Source: a virus. Taken from it: DNA of 64,000 nt. Position numbers and translations under genes: made by a program. The notes under the pieces are model-generated. The model was given only the letters and a program-made list of their open reading frames with translations, ran no database searches and was not told where the DNA came from. Positions within the stretch are counted from its first letter, which is position 1. Every line of letters starts with the position of its first letter. This document shows, piece by piece, positions 1 through 8,907 of this stretch. The DNA lies in the IMG/VR virus record IMGVR_UViG_3300023296_001253. One strand, 5' to 3'.

Positions 1-174
1 TCGTCCTTGAGAAACAAAACTTTTTGATTCACATTCAGACGGCTGTCTTCCGGTTGCTCGTACAAAATTACGATAATCACCAGAAAATTCGGTTTTAAAA
101 TATCTTTGATGCGGTCCTTGATCAGACCAGGAAGGCGAGAACAGCGTAGTTAGCGCTGAAATAAGTAGATTCAT
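1..174 (-). CDS. hypothetical protein, partial (MNLLISALTTLFSPSWSDQGPHQ...), runs off the left edge
   Basis: Manual translation; ATG at 174-172 with AAGGAG SD; downstream of the consensus promoter at 236-264. Confidence 0.6.
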   Translation of the reverse strand, partial: MNLLISALTTLFSPSWSDQGPHQRYFKTEFSGDYRNFVRATGRQPSECESKSFVSQGR

Positions 175-235
175 TATTCTGTCTCCTTTAGACAACAGAT
201 TATTAAAGTTATATATCATCCTTTTGGACTGACAT

Positions 236-264
236 ATTATATATATATTATTTTATACTGTCAA
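236..264 (-). promoter_or_regulatory. sigma70-type early promoter
   Basis: Minus-strand TTGACA (264-259), 17 bp spacer, TATAAT (241-236). Confidence 0.8.
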
Positions 265-400
265 TAAAAATTTGATGAAAATTAGTAAAAACTGGTATAG
301 CAGTTTTCATAAGAAAACTCAAAGAAAAATTAAAATCAATTTTCAACCAAAAAACATTTCCAGCTGCATCATTATAAATTTCATCGCTTAAAGATTTCAT
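248..400 (-). CDS. small hypothetical protein (50 aa, MKSLSDEIY...)
   Basis: Manual translation; ATGA overlap with the upstream ORF. Confidence 0.5.
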   Translation of the reverse strand: MKSLSDEIYNDAAGNVFWLKIDFNFSLSFLMKTAIPVFTNFHQIFIDSIK

Positions 401-564
401 TCGATTTTAACCCATCCATCACCTATACTAATTCTAGTAATTAAATTATAATTAAAAGAATAAGTAACATCCCCATAAACAGTCATTATTGCATTATGAG
501 ATATTTTTTTCATTATGTAATCCATAACTGAATAAGAATAAAATTTTGTCTTAAGAGATTTCAT
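397..564 (-). CDS. small hypothetical protein (55 aa, MKSLKTKFYSYSVM...)
   Basis: Manual translation; ATGA overlaps at both ends; N-terminus resembles its neighbours. Confidence 0.55.
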   Translation of the reverse strand: MKSLKTKFYSYSVMDYIMKKISHNAIMTVYGDVTYSFNYNLITRISIGDGWVKIE

Positions 565-725
565 TTTATTTTAGCTCTTTCAGCATCTATATAACTCATA
601 ATGATTTGCTTATAATTATGTAGAGAAGTTCTTCTATAGATATTAATCATTTGTAATGAAGATATTGTTTCTAATATAGCACCCATAGCTGAATAAGAAA
701 AATATTCTTTGTTTAAAGCTTTCAT
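561..725 (-). CDS. small hypothetical protein (54 aa, MKALNKEYFSYSAM...)
   Basis: Manual translation; ATGA coupling. Confidence 0.55.
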   Translation of the reverse strand: MKALNKEYFSYSAMGAILETISSLQMINIYRRTSLHNYKQIIMSYIDAERAKIK

Positions 726-898
726 TTGCATTCACCTTTCCATTTCCAAGCACCAGTCGTTGGACAATGTAAAGCATAACCTCTAGAAATACCTTCGTTT
801 TTTATTTCAGCGAGTTTAATAACTGTTAATCCAGTTATTAATACACTGCAAAACAGAGCCACACACAAAACAATTATAGCAGTTTCTTCATTATTCAT
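722..898 (-). CDS. small membrane protein (58 aa, N-terminal TM, RGYALHCPTTGAWKWKGEC)
   Basis: Manual translation; AAGGA SD; hydrophobic helix; ATGA coupling. Confidence 0.6.
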   Translation of the reverse strand: MNNEETAIIVLCVALFCSVLITGLTVIKLAEIKNEGISRGYALHCPTTGAWKWKGECK

Positions 899-1068
899 CT
901 TGTTATTCCTTTACATATTTCACACTGCCAATATACACCACACTCATCTGTATGAATAATTCCCATACATTTTCCTCTTCCTCTTGGATTAAATCCTCTA
1001 ATCCATCTAAGCCATTTTGAGCAAGCATGTTTTCTTGTATTTGGAACTCTTTTATAACTTGGCCACAT
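895..1068 (-). CDS. small Cys-rich protein (57 aa, MWPSYKRVP...QCEICKG)
   Basis: Manual translation; CxxC; coupled to the next ORF. Confidence 0.45.
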   Translation of the reverse strand: MWPSYKRVPNTRKHACSKWLRWIRGFNPRGRGKCMGIIHTDECGVYWQCEICKGITR

Positions 1069-1169
1069 TATAAATCACTCTAATTGTTGGCATATAAATC
1101 GTTATCATTCCCCATCCACAAGAACATGTAGTGAGAGAAGTACCAAGCTGCTTAGAACATTTTGGACAA

Positions 1170-1418
1170 TTATTCAACATCAACAAATGCTCTTTTCATA
1201 TCTAATTGATCACTTTTATTTTCATTTAAGTCATAAGTTTCCATTACTTTTTGCATGTTACCAGGATTATTAATATTATCTTGCAATTCTTTTTTTGTTT
1301 CGCAAAAAATAGGATAATCTTCCCAATCAAATGTATCACACATGATAATCATATAGTTTTGATTATTATCAACTCCACGATTAAACCAATCACTTATCAT
1401 ATCTCTAGTAGTAGTCAT
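1170..1418 (-). CDS. hypothetical phage protein
   Basis: ORF track; CDTFDWEDYP motif of small phage proteins; same strand as neighbours. Confidence 0.65.
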   Translation of the reverse strand: MTTTRDMISDWFNRGVDNNQNYMIIMCDTFDWEDYPIFCETKKELQDNINNPGNMQKVMETYDLNENKSDQLDMKRAFVDVE

Positions 1419-1652
1419 TTAGTATTTTCCTTTAGCTTCTTTATATGCTTGTATAATTAATGAACATAACTTATATAAAATAACGATAAAAGCTACAACA
1501 AGCGAAAATAATAGAAAAATAATAGCCGGTATACCATTAGTTATAAAAGCTAATATTAAAAAGGTTGCAATCCACAACAACAAAAAACAAAAAATAAACA
1601 TTGCTCCTTCATCATCATCTAAAGAATTCCACATTTCAGTAATTAATTTCAT
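1419..1652 (-). CDS. hypothetical membrane protein (2 TM)
   Basis: ORF track; two hydrophobic segments. Confidence 0.55.
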   Translation of the reverse strand: MKLITEMWNSLDDDEGAMFIFCFLLLWIATFLILAFITNGIPAIIFLLFSLVVAFIVILYKLCSLIIQAYKEAKGKY

Positions 1653-1661
1653 AATAATTTC

Positions 1662-2105
1662 CTATTTACAAATATTCATATGGTTTTTAAAATAATTATA
1701 GTGCATTTTAATATAATGCTTAACAGATCTATTCTGCATTCCACCCTGTTTTGTAATAAAATCATTTACCCAATTAGGATAATTTTTAAATACGGCTGTA
1801 GTTAAATTATAATTTGCTACGCGATTGCCTTTAATATCTCTTTTATAAAGGGGATGAAACATAAAAACTGTATTTTTATGAGCGCATACCAAAGGTTTAG
1901 GAAGTGTAAGATAATAAGTACACATAGAAGAACAATCATTTTTCAGTTCTACTCGTGTATCATCTTTAGAAATCTTTTTTACTTTATCAAAATAATCAAG
2001 AACCAATCCGCCTCTATCATTACTCACAACGATCGTATTTTCATAAGAAAATACGATCGTTGAAGTTAGCATTAATGCTACTGATATATACAAAATCTTT
2101 CTCAT
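1662..2105 (-). CDS. secreted ClpP/crotonase-fold-like protein
   Basis: Signal peptide; DxGG, CxSxCT and FxFH motifs. Confidence 0.5.
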   Translation of the reverse strand: MRKILYISVALMLTSTIVFSYENTIVVSNDRGGLVLDYFDKVKKISKDDTRVELKNDCSSMCTYYLTLPKPLVCAHKNTVFMFHPLYKRDIKGNRVANYNLTTAVFKNYPNWVNDFITKQGGMQNRSVKHYIKMHYNYFKNHMNICK

Positions 2106-2132
2106 ATCATTATCCTTTTAATATATGATAAT

Positions 2133-2140
2133 TATAAATA
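2133..2140 (+). promoter_or_regulatory. T4-type late promoter TATAAATA
   Basis: Exact gp55 consensus upstream of the holin-like ORF at 2177. Confidence 0.6.
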
Positions 2141-2176
2141 ACATATAATATAATAAATGTCAATAGGTTAATTTCT

Positions 2177-2596
2177 ATGCAATATTCTGAAAAAACAAGA
2201 ACTCAATCAAGCTCAAAGCCATTTAATGATACATGGATAAAATCAACTTGGCGTCCTGCTATGGCTATCGTTTATATGATTATCTGTTTATATGATTTTG
2301 TATTCGCAGATGTTCTTAGAATGTATTTAATAACTAGTGGATTAGTAGATCCAGCTTTAGTTGCTTCTTGGGTAGCTCAAACTTTATCAAACGGCGGAGT
2401 GTTTCATTTATCTATGGGAGTTATTCTCGGAGCTTCTGCTTGGACAAGAGGTCAAGAAAAGATTCGTAGAGTAGAAACTTATGGAAATAATCAGTTCTCA
2501 GATCCGTTCTTTAATACTTCTTCTAGAACTAATATTCTGTCGCAGAGCGACATCATGAATGATCCTTCGGTTATACCTCCAGTTACAGGTAATTAG
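2177..2596 (+). CDS. holin-like membrane protein (GTA 3TM holin-like)
   Basis: WRPAM..Y...C..DF and GGVFH..MG..LG..AWTRGQEK motifs; TM helices; close to the endolysin. Confidence 0.6.
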   Translation: MQYSEKTRTQSSSKPFNDTWIKSTWRPAMAIVYMIICLYDFVFADVLRMYLITSGLVDPALVASWVAQTLSNGGVFHLSMGVILGASAWTRGQEKIRRVETYGNNQFSDPFFNTSSRTNILSQSDIMNDPSVIPPVTGN

Positions 2597-2661
2597 TTTC
2601 TCGCTACTTAAAGATCTTTAAGAACTTAGTTTAAAGGATACCTTAATAAGCAAGTATATTA

Positions 2662-2690
2662 ATTATAACAAGCTATTTTGATAATGTCAA
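2662..2690 (-). promoter_or_regulatory. sigma70-type promoter firing leftwards, antisense to 2177-2596
   Basis: Minus-strand TTGACA (2690-2685), 17 bp, TATAAT (2667-2662). Confidence 0.7.
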
Positions 2691-2709
2691 CAACTATTTT
2701 GATAGAAAG

Positions 2710-2717
2710 TATAAATA
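2710..2717 (+). promoter_or_regulatory. T4-type late promoter TATAAATA
   Basis: Exact consensus at the head of the holin/endolysin run. Confidence 0.55.
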
Positions 2718-2720
2718 ATA

Positions 2721-2909
2721 GTGTTAATACAATTTGATGAAAAACAACTTAGAAAAGCAACATTATGTTTTATTGATTTGTATAATGAAAAACCAATTAA
2801 TTTTATTAAAGCATTAAAAATTGGTAAGTTAATGAAACTTAGGGGAGAATCTCCACTTTATCTATATGATGATATAAGTCGTACAATTATAGTAGATTCA
2901 ATGGAGTGA
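2721..2909 (+). CDS. hypothetical protein
   Basis: ORF track. Confidence 0.45.
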   Translation: MLIQFDEKQLRKATLCFIDLYNEKPINFIKALKIGKLMKLRGESPLYLYDDISRTIIVDSME

Positions 2910-2913
2910 TTAA

Positions 2914-3429
2914 ATGTTTACAGCAATAACAACCATCTTAGGGGCTATGTCAACTATATTGCCAGCCATACTAAGATTTTTTGAATTAAAGCAGGAATAT
3001 GCTCACAAAGAAAAAATGTTTGAACTTCAAATGGAAGCAGTCTCTAGAGGACTTGAGTTCCAGATGGATATTGAAGATATTAAGGCTGATGTTAATGAGG
3101 GAGAATCTCTTCGCGCTCATGATATTGCTCTTGATGGTGGCCAGTTTTTTAACACACTACGAGCTTCTGTTCGTCCAGTAATAACATATATAATGTTTTT
3201 ACTTTTTGTAGTAGTTAAATTTTCAGCTGCATATGTAATGATACAAGCAGGATCAGATATTCCAACTATGCTTTTAGCAGTATGGGATTCAGAAACAATG
3301 GCTATTTTTGGGTCAATTATTGGTTTTTGGTTCGGATCTAGAGCTATAGAAAAGTGGATGAGATACCAAGACAATGGTGGTCGATTTGTTAAAAGATCAA
3401 GATATGCTAAAGGAGATGATAAAAAATAA
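2914..3429 (+). CDS. holin-like protein (3TM holin family)
   Basis: SVRPVITY...IIGFWFGSR motifs; three hydrophobic segments; upstream of the endolysin. Confidence 0.65.
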   Translation: MFTAITTILGAMSTILPAILRFFELKQEYAHKEKMFELQMEAVSRGLEFQMDIEDIKADVNEGESLRAHDIALDGGQFFNTLRASVRPVITYIMFLLFVVVKFSAAYVMIQAGSDIPTMLLAVWDSETMAIFGSIIGFWFGSRAIEKWMRYQDNGGRFVKRSRYAKGDDKK

Positions 3430-3695
3430 TGTTTAAAAATATAAAACATAGCGATATAATAATCAAAGTGCTTGAAGAAGCTAAAAAATATGACGAAAGC
3501 CATGGAAGCCCTCATGATCGAGGAAGAGCTGATGCTTATTATGGCCGTCGTCATAAGCCACATAAGATTATACATACTTCAGGACAACCAAGTAAAACAG
3601 TCCACAAATCAGATTTAAAAGATCATGAAGTTAAAGCATATTCAGCTGGATATCAAAGCGCTATTGATGATGACGATTTTAAAGATTGGAACTAA
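3429..3695 (+). CDS. conserved small phage protein, possibly an internal head protein
   Basis: HGSPHDRGRADAYY...YxAGY...KDW motif; VLEE near the N-terminus. Confidence 0.6.
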   Translation: MFKNIKHSDIIIKVLEEAKKYDESHGSPHDRGRADAYYGRRHKPHKIIHTSGQPSKTVHKSDLKDHEVKAYSAGYQSAIDDDDFKDWN

Positions 3696-3701
3696 AATTT
3701 T

Positions 3702-4415
3702 ATGAAAAAGATAGATCACAGATACCAGCAACTTTTAAAATCTCTTAATTTTTATAATGGCCCAGCTGATGGAATATTAGGACCTAATACTAAAAATGGA
3801 GTTATTTTATTTCAAAGAACTAATGGATTAGTCGCTGATGGAATTGTTGGGCAAAAAACTATAGCTGAATTTGAAAATCAACTTGCTTCAATTTCAGACA
3901 GACAAAACGATGATGATGCAATTTATGCTGGCGTTAAGCCTTATTCAGTATGGCCTAGAGAAGGTACAAACTCTTTAACTAGGTTTTATGGCAATCCTGG
4001 CGAAAATCAAACTAGAATTCAACTTCCTTATACAATGGTCTTAGCTTGGGATACAAGTAAAAAAGTAAATTCTATTGTATGTAATGTAAAAGTAGCTGAA
4101 TCATTACAAAAAGTGTTGACACGTGTTTCTAATGAGTATACTATAGAAGAAATTAATCGCCATGGATTTAATTTATATGGTGGTTGTTTGAATGTCAGAA
4201 AAATTCGCGGAGGAAACCGATGGTCTACACATGCTTGGGGTATTGCTATAGATTTTGATCCAGCAAGAAACGGATTAAGAACACCATGGAATAAAGCATA
4301 TCTTGGGCGGCCAGAATGTCAGAAATTCGTTCAGGCTTTTAAAGATGAAGGTTGGTATTCTTTAGGACTAGAGAAGAATTATGATGCAATGCATTTTCAG
4401 GCAGCCCATCGTTAA
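3702..4415 (+). CDS. endolysin: PG-binding domain plus M15-family Zn peptidase
   Basis: DGILGPNT...FQRTNGLVADGIVG (PG_binding_1); STHAWGIAID and DAMHFQ Zn ligands. Confidence 0.85.
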   Translation: MKKIDHRYQQLLKSLNFYNGPADGILGPNTKNGVILFQRTNGLVADGIVGQKTIAEFENQLASISDRQNDDDAIYAGVKPYSVWPREGTNSLTRFYGNPGENQTRIQLPYTMVLAWDTSKKVNSIVCNVKVAESLQKVLTRVSNEYTIEEINRHGFNLYGGCLNVRKIRGGNRWSTHAWGIAIDFDPARNGLRTPWNKAYLGRPECQKFVQAFKDEGWYSLGLEKNYDAMHFQAAHR

Positions 4416-4735
4416 AATCAAATATTAAAGAATGATTTATTATGAAGTTATACATACACCTGATTATAACAGGAGTGTCAGCAGTGCATGACTTATCCCA
4501 AAAGAACACTAGAAGTTTTGTTATAAAAAATACAACTATTCCAATTAATAATGTTTTGGTTTCCATCAAATGGATATTAAAAGATAAATTATTAGAGGGC
4601 TCTACTATTGAACATAGCTAAAAGAGATATTGATTATTTAATTAAATGGATTCAAGAACCTAACATTGGAGAATCTGAATTTAATGATTTGTGTGTTAAA
4701 AGAAAAATCAAAAGAATTGTTGAAGAATTATTAAA

Positions 4736-4927
4736 ATGAAAAATGTGATGTATCATAGTATATTTGGGACAAGATATAATAAAAATTGGGCTAATATTCA
4801 TATAAAAGAAGAGTGCATATATCAGGCCGATAAAAAAATAAACGGTTATTTCTTTTTAAGAAATGATATTGGTTTAGAAAATATTAAAGTGTCATTAATT
4901 AGAACAGTTGTAAATAGTCTTAGATGA
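4736..4927 (+). CDS. hypothetical protein
   Basis: ORF track; coupled overlaps. Confidence 0.45.
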   Translation: MKNVMYHSIFGTRYNKNWANIHIKEECIYQADKKINGYFFLRNDIGLENIKVSLIRTVVNSLR

Positions 4928-5136
4928 ATAAAACAAAAGAAAAATTAATAGATATGAGCGAATGGCATGCTCATAATGATGTAGAAGAAATTCGAAATTC
5001 TATAGCTAAAGAAGCATATGAATATATAGCATCTTTAGAATCTAAAATAGAAGATTTGAAAAAAACTTCGTTTGTAATTGAGAAGAAAAATCCTAAATGC
5101 AAATGTACTTCTTGTAAATGTCAAGATGAAAAATAA
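4924..5136 (+). CDS. hypothetical protein, Cys-rich C-terminus
   Basis: ORF track. Confidence 0.5.
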   Translation: MNKTKEKLIDMSEWHAHNDVEEIRNSIAKEAYEYIASLESKIEDLKKTSFVIEKKNPKCKCTSCKCQDEK

Positions 5137-5347
5137 ATATAATAATCCAAATTGTAAATTTTGTTCGCGTGGTGATTATAACGACTGGTCAGTTCGATGT
5201 TCATATTATGAAGATAATAAAATTGATAGATATGATCAATATCCTGAAATTAATTACTCTCCATGCGAAATGAGATATGAAGAAAAATATAAAAACAAAA
5301 CAATATGGGAAAAAATAAAAATGTGGTTTAATGCCAAAAGCTCATAG
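5078..5347 (+). CDS. hypothetical protein (true start probably MKNKY near 5126)
   Basis: ORF track; CxxC. Confidence 0.45.
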   Translation: MRRKILNANVLLVNVKMKNKYNNPNCKFCSRGDYNDWSVRCSYYEDNKIDRYDQYPEINYSPCEMRYEEKYKNKTIWEKIKMWFNAKSS

Positions 5348-5612
5348 AAATACAGATTTAAGAGCATGTTCGGCTACTACGAGTGTAGTTGGCCAATCAA
5401 CTGTAAAAGTGAATAGTCTTTTATGGGCTGTTAAAGATGATCCAAACAGCCATGGCGCTGGTAATTTAATTAATACAGGAACAACCGTTCGAATAGAAGG
5501 AAAACTGGTGATTGTTCATTCACCTGATCCAGCTACTGGTGATCTTGCTGGTCATCTTCCTTCATCTACCAAAACTGCTCAGGGCAGTCCAAATGTTTAT
5601 GCTTATGGATAA
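5331..5612 (+). CDS. PAAR-like spike-tip protein (gp5.4-like)
   Basis: MPKAHRNTD...VKVN...A...D...H...GSPNVYA; PAAR-type size and motifs. Confidence 0.75.
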   Translation: MPKAHRNTDLRACSATTSVVGQSTVKVNSLLWAVKDDPNSHGAGNLINTGTTVRIEGKLVIVHSPDPATGDLAGHLPSSTKTAQGSPNVYAYG

Positions 5613-5629
5613 GAAAGTGAATTTATATA

Positions 5630-6745
5630 ATGGCAAGAAAAAAAGCAACAGCAACAAGATCTCAACAATCAATACTTGATAAGCAGCATCTTGGAGCAGA
5701 ACCAATTTATAGTATTGGTCATGTTCTTACTAGAACTCAAATAATGAGAGCATATAATTGGTATAATTATATGTGCACCAGAGAGAATGGATACAAATAT
5801 CTATTAGAATATTTTAAAAATAATGATAAGAAGAAATATAATCTTATCAAAAAAACCCCAGAAAAAAACTTTCCACAGACTGTATATTGGATAGCACGAA
5901 TCAAGAATCTTGGTTATGTTTTGCCACTACAAACAAATACTTTTTTTATCAAGTCTTTAGATGATGCTATTAATAAAATTGATAGTGAAGATGCTATGAA
6001 TAAGCCAACAAAAAAAGTTGATAATGTTATTTCAATTCAAGATAGAATAAAAGAAAAAAGAAGCGAAGTTGTAGGACAGCTAGAAGAAGTTTTAGATGAG
6101 CATGATTCTGAATTTTCGTTATATAATCATTTTTTAGCAAATGATATAGCAAAAATATATTGCCCATATATAGTTGATTATTATAAGCCGGTTCTTCAAG
6201 AATTGAATGATGTGCTAGGTAAAAAAGATAAGCAACTCAATGAAGCATATCGAATTTATACAGTTAAGCAAGTTAAAACTTTAAGAGATATAGTATCAGG
6301 ATTTATTTCTGATTCCGAAAGATATAGTCAAAATAAAAAGACTGTGAATAAAAGAAAAGCTAAGACGAGTGTTTCGCTTGACAAAAAAGTAAAAAGCTTT
6401 AATTTCAAAAAAGAAGATTCAGATCTTAAAATTGTATCAATTGATCCAACTATGATAATTGGTGCAAAAGAGATATGGTTTTATAACTCAAAATATTCAG
6501 CAGTTACTGTTATGAGATCAGAATCTATTAATGGATTTGATATTAAAGGAACATCAATTTTAAATATTGATGAATCTAAATCAGAAGTTAAAAAGGTAGG
6601 AAATAAAGCTAAGAAAATAGTTCAAGAAATTCTTAATGCTAATAAAGCATCTATGAAAAAAGTTTTAAAGAGTGTTAATACGAAATCTAATGTGCCAAGT
6701 CAAAGAACTACAAAAGACATGGTGATACTGAAGGTTATTAAATAA
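5630..6745 (+). CDS. conserved hypothetical protein of large T4-like phages
   Basis: 371-aa ORF; NWYNY and SIDPxxIIGAxEIWFYN motifs. Confidence 0.75.
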   Translation: MARKKATATRSQQSILDKQHLGAEPIYSIGHVLTRTQIMRAYNWYNYMCTRENGYKYLLEYFKNNDKKKYNLIKKTPEKNFPQTVYWIARIKNLGYVLPLQTNTFFIKSLDDAINKIDSEDAMNKPTKKVDNVISIQDRIKEKRSEVVGQLEEVLDEHDSEFSLYNHFLANDIAKIYCPYIVDYYKPVLQELNDVLGKKDKQLNEAYRIYTVKQVKTLRDIVSGFISDSERYSQNKKTVNKRKAKTSVSLDKKVKSFNFKKEDSDLKIVSIDPTMIIGAKEIWFYNSKYSAVTVMRSESINGFDIKGTSILNIDESKSEVKKVGNKAKKIVQEILNANKASMKKVLKSVNTKSNVPSQRTTKDMVILKVIK

Positions 6746-6915
6746 TGAAATTGAATAAATTAATAATTCCTATTTTAATGATTGTATTTGGGATTGCTGG
6801 AAATATTATTTTTAGAGAAGCTCATTCTTATGAAATTATTTTGAAAATAGCGGAAACTTCAAATTTGTTTAAAGAATAAATAACAATTCAGTTTTAATTT
6901 TATAAGGAAATTGTT

Positions 6916-7557
6916 ATGTCTGATAAATTTAGTTGGGGTTCGCATATTCCTATAAACAAATCAATATTAAAAACTTTTAATATAACAGGCGTGTTAGAGC
7001 TCGGAAGTGGGTTTCATAGCACGCCTTTATTTTTTAATAGTTGTGATTATGCTATATCTGTCGAGCAGGATAAAGCATGGATTAAAAAGCTCAAAGAAGA
7101 GTCTCAGATTGTTGAAGATGGCAATCATTGTATGATATACCAAGATGTCGAACCTTGCACTCGAGCGACCCGCAGAAAAGATATAAGCAAAGATATATTA
7201 GATGCAGCCAGTGATTTTTTCATAGAAGTTTCTGCTGATGACAAATTGAATTTTCTTTTTGTCGATTGTTATTCTGGGTTTAGATTAGAAGCATTAGATT
7301 CAATACATCATAAATTTGATTGTATCGTGTTTCATGATGTTCAGCCAAGAGGCATGATAAATCATTCATATGAGCATTTTATTCCAAACAAAGATTTTGT
7401 TTTATTAAAAGATACTACTTTTGTTTGTCATTCTGGAATACTAATTAAAAAAGAATTATTTGATGAAAAATTTGAAGAACTAAAAGACACTTTTGAAAAA
7501 GAAGTGCTTGAGTATGCTGGTAATGAAAGATTTAAGCCAACATTAGAAAAATGGTAA
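6916..7557 (+). CDS. class I SAM-dependent methyltransferase-like protein
   Basis: VLELGSG motif I, SVE motif II, FVD, VFHD. Confidence 0.65.
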   Translation: MSDKFSWGSHIPINKSILKTFNITGVLELGSGFHSTPLFFNSCDYAISVEQDKAWIKKLKEESQIVEDGNHCMIYQDVEPCTRATRRKDISKDILDAASDFFIEVSADDKLNFLFVDCYSGFRLEALDSIHHKFDCIVFHDVQPRGMINHSYEHFIPNKDFVLLKDTTFVCHSGILIKKELFDEKFEELKDTFEKEVLEYAGNERFKPTLEKW

Positions 7558-8201
7558 TATGTAAATCTCATAAGTTTATTTTTTTAAGACTTCCAAAGAA
7601 TGCTTCTACTAGTTTGGCTACTTGGTTTGTAAAAAACTGCTGTACTGCTGAAGATTCTTTTACGCAAATTAATGATTCTGGAATAAAGAATACAAACATA
7701 AATTCTAATGTTATTAAAAAATATTCTAAACATTATCATTTTATTCATATGACTCTTCAAGAATTATTAGATGAAAAACTGATAACGCAAGAAGAAGCAT
7801 TTAGTTTTCATATTATAAGTGTTTTTAGGAATCCATATCATCGTCAATTGAGTCTTTTCTTTTTTTTAAATGGAGATAAAAATCCAGATAGATTTAGAAT
7901 GATGTTTAAAAATGGTTGTCATGAAACAGATCCTTCAAATAAAATAACACAATCAGATTATTTAAAAATAAATGGTATAATGCATACAAATTGTGATATT
8001 TGGAAGTATGATAATATAGATTTACATCTACAAGAATTTATAAATAATTATAAAATAGATGAAAGATTTAAGTTAGAAACATATAAATCTAATAAAAGAC
8101 CAAATGATATCAAAGAACTAGAGAATTTATATTACGATGATGCAACAAGAGAAGCCGTGTATCGGTACTATAGAGAAGATTTCGAATTACTCGGACTCTA
8201 A
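7551..8201 (+). CDS. sulfotransferase (Sulfotransfer_2-like)
   Basis: FIFLRLPKNASTS (5'-PSB loop), RNPYxRxLS (3'-PB), YxEDF end. Confidence 0.75.
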   Translation: MVICKSHKFIFLRLPKNASTSLATWFVKNCCTAEDSFTQINDSGIKNTNINSNVIKKYSKHYHFIHMTLQELLDEKLITQEEAFSFHIISVFRNPYHRQLSLFFFLNGDKNPDRFRMMFKNGCHETDPSNKITQSDYLKINGIMHTNCDIWKYDNIDLHLQEFINNYKIDERFKLETYKSNKRPNDIKELENLYYDDATREAVYRYYREDFELLGL

Positions 8202-8907
8202 ATCATATATCGATAGAGCACTTATTATACGCAGAGATCAAGTAAAATTATCTCGAGATTATGCTCAAGATTGTGCTGAGTCATGTGAAAAACATGGCTT
8301 AAAATATGAGTTTATACAAGCAATAGAATTCATGGAAAGAGATGCAGCTTTTGCTGCTGTTGGCGTTAAAGCCAAACATAAATATAATAACACTATTGGT
8401 AATATATGTTGCCACGCTTCTCATGTTAAATGTTGGAAACGCATTATAGAACTTGGTAAACCCTGTATAATTCTAGAGCATGATGCTTTAATTGTTGGTG
8501 ATGTTCAACATATAGAAACACCAGATATGGCTGTTGTTACTTTTGGACATCGTGTTATAGCTAAAGATAGCTATTCTCCACCAAACAAACCAACTGAATT
8601 AATTGAAATTAAAAAAGCTGTAGGAGTTCACGCATGTGGATTGACTCCAACTACAGCAACTTGGTTATATGAAAATGCAAGAGATGTTGGAATAGATGTG
8701 GGGGTTGATAGATGGCTAATGATGCAAAGATCAAGTGGATTGCCATTATATGTGTGTGAACCACCACAAGCCGTTTGTTGGGCCAGAGTATCAACTTCTA
8801 ATTTTAAAGAAACAGATAAAAATAAAGATTGTGAAAGAAAAGGATCGACCGTAAATAATTATAAAGAAGCATTAACTGAAGGTTGGCACAAAGGATTAAA
8901 GAAATGA
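8137..8907 (+). CDS. glycosyltransferase family 25-like
   Basis: CxxSHxxxW...IILEHDA, H/Y-A-x-x-L-T-P and VD motifs. Confidence 0.7.
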   Translation: MMQQEKPCIGTIEKISNYSDSKSYIDRALIIRRDQVKLSRDYAQDCAESCEKHGLKYEFIQAIEFMERDAAFAAVGVKAKHKYNNTIGNICCHASHVKCWKRIIELGKPCIILEHDALIVGDVQHIETPDMAVVTFGHRVIAKDSYSPPNKPTELIEIKKAVGVHACGLTPTTATWLYENARDVGIDVGVDRWLMMQRSSGLPLYVCEPPQAVCWARVSTSNFKETDKNKDCERKGSTVNNYKEALTEGWHKGLKK

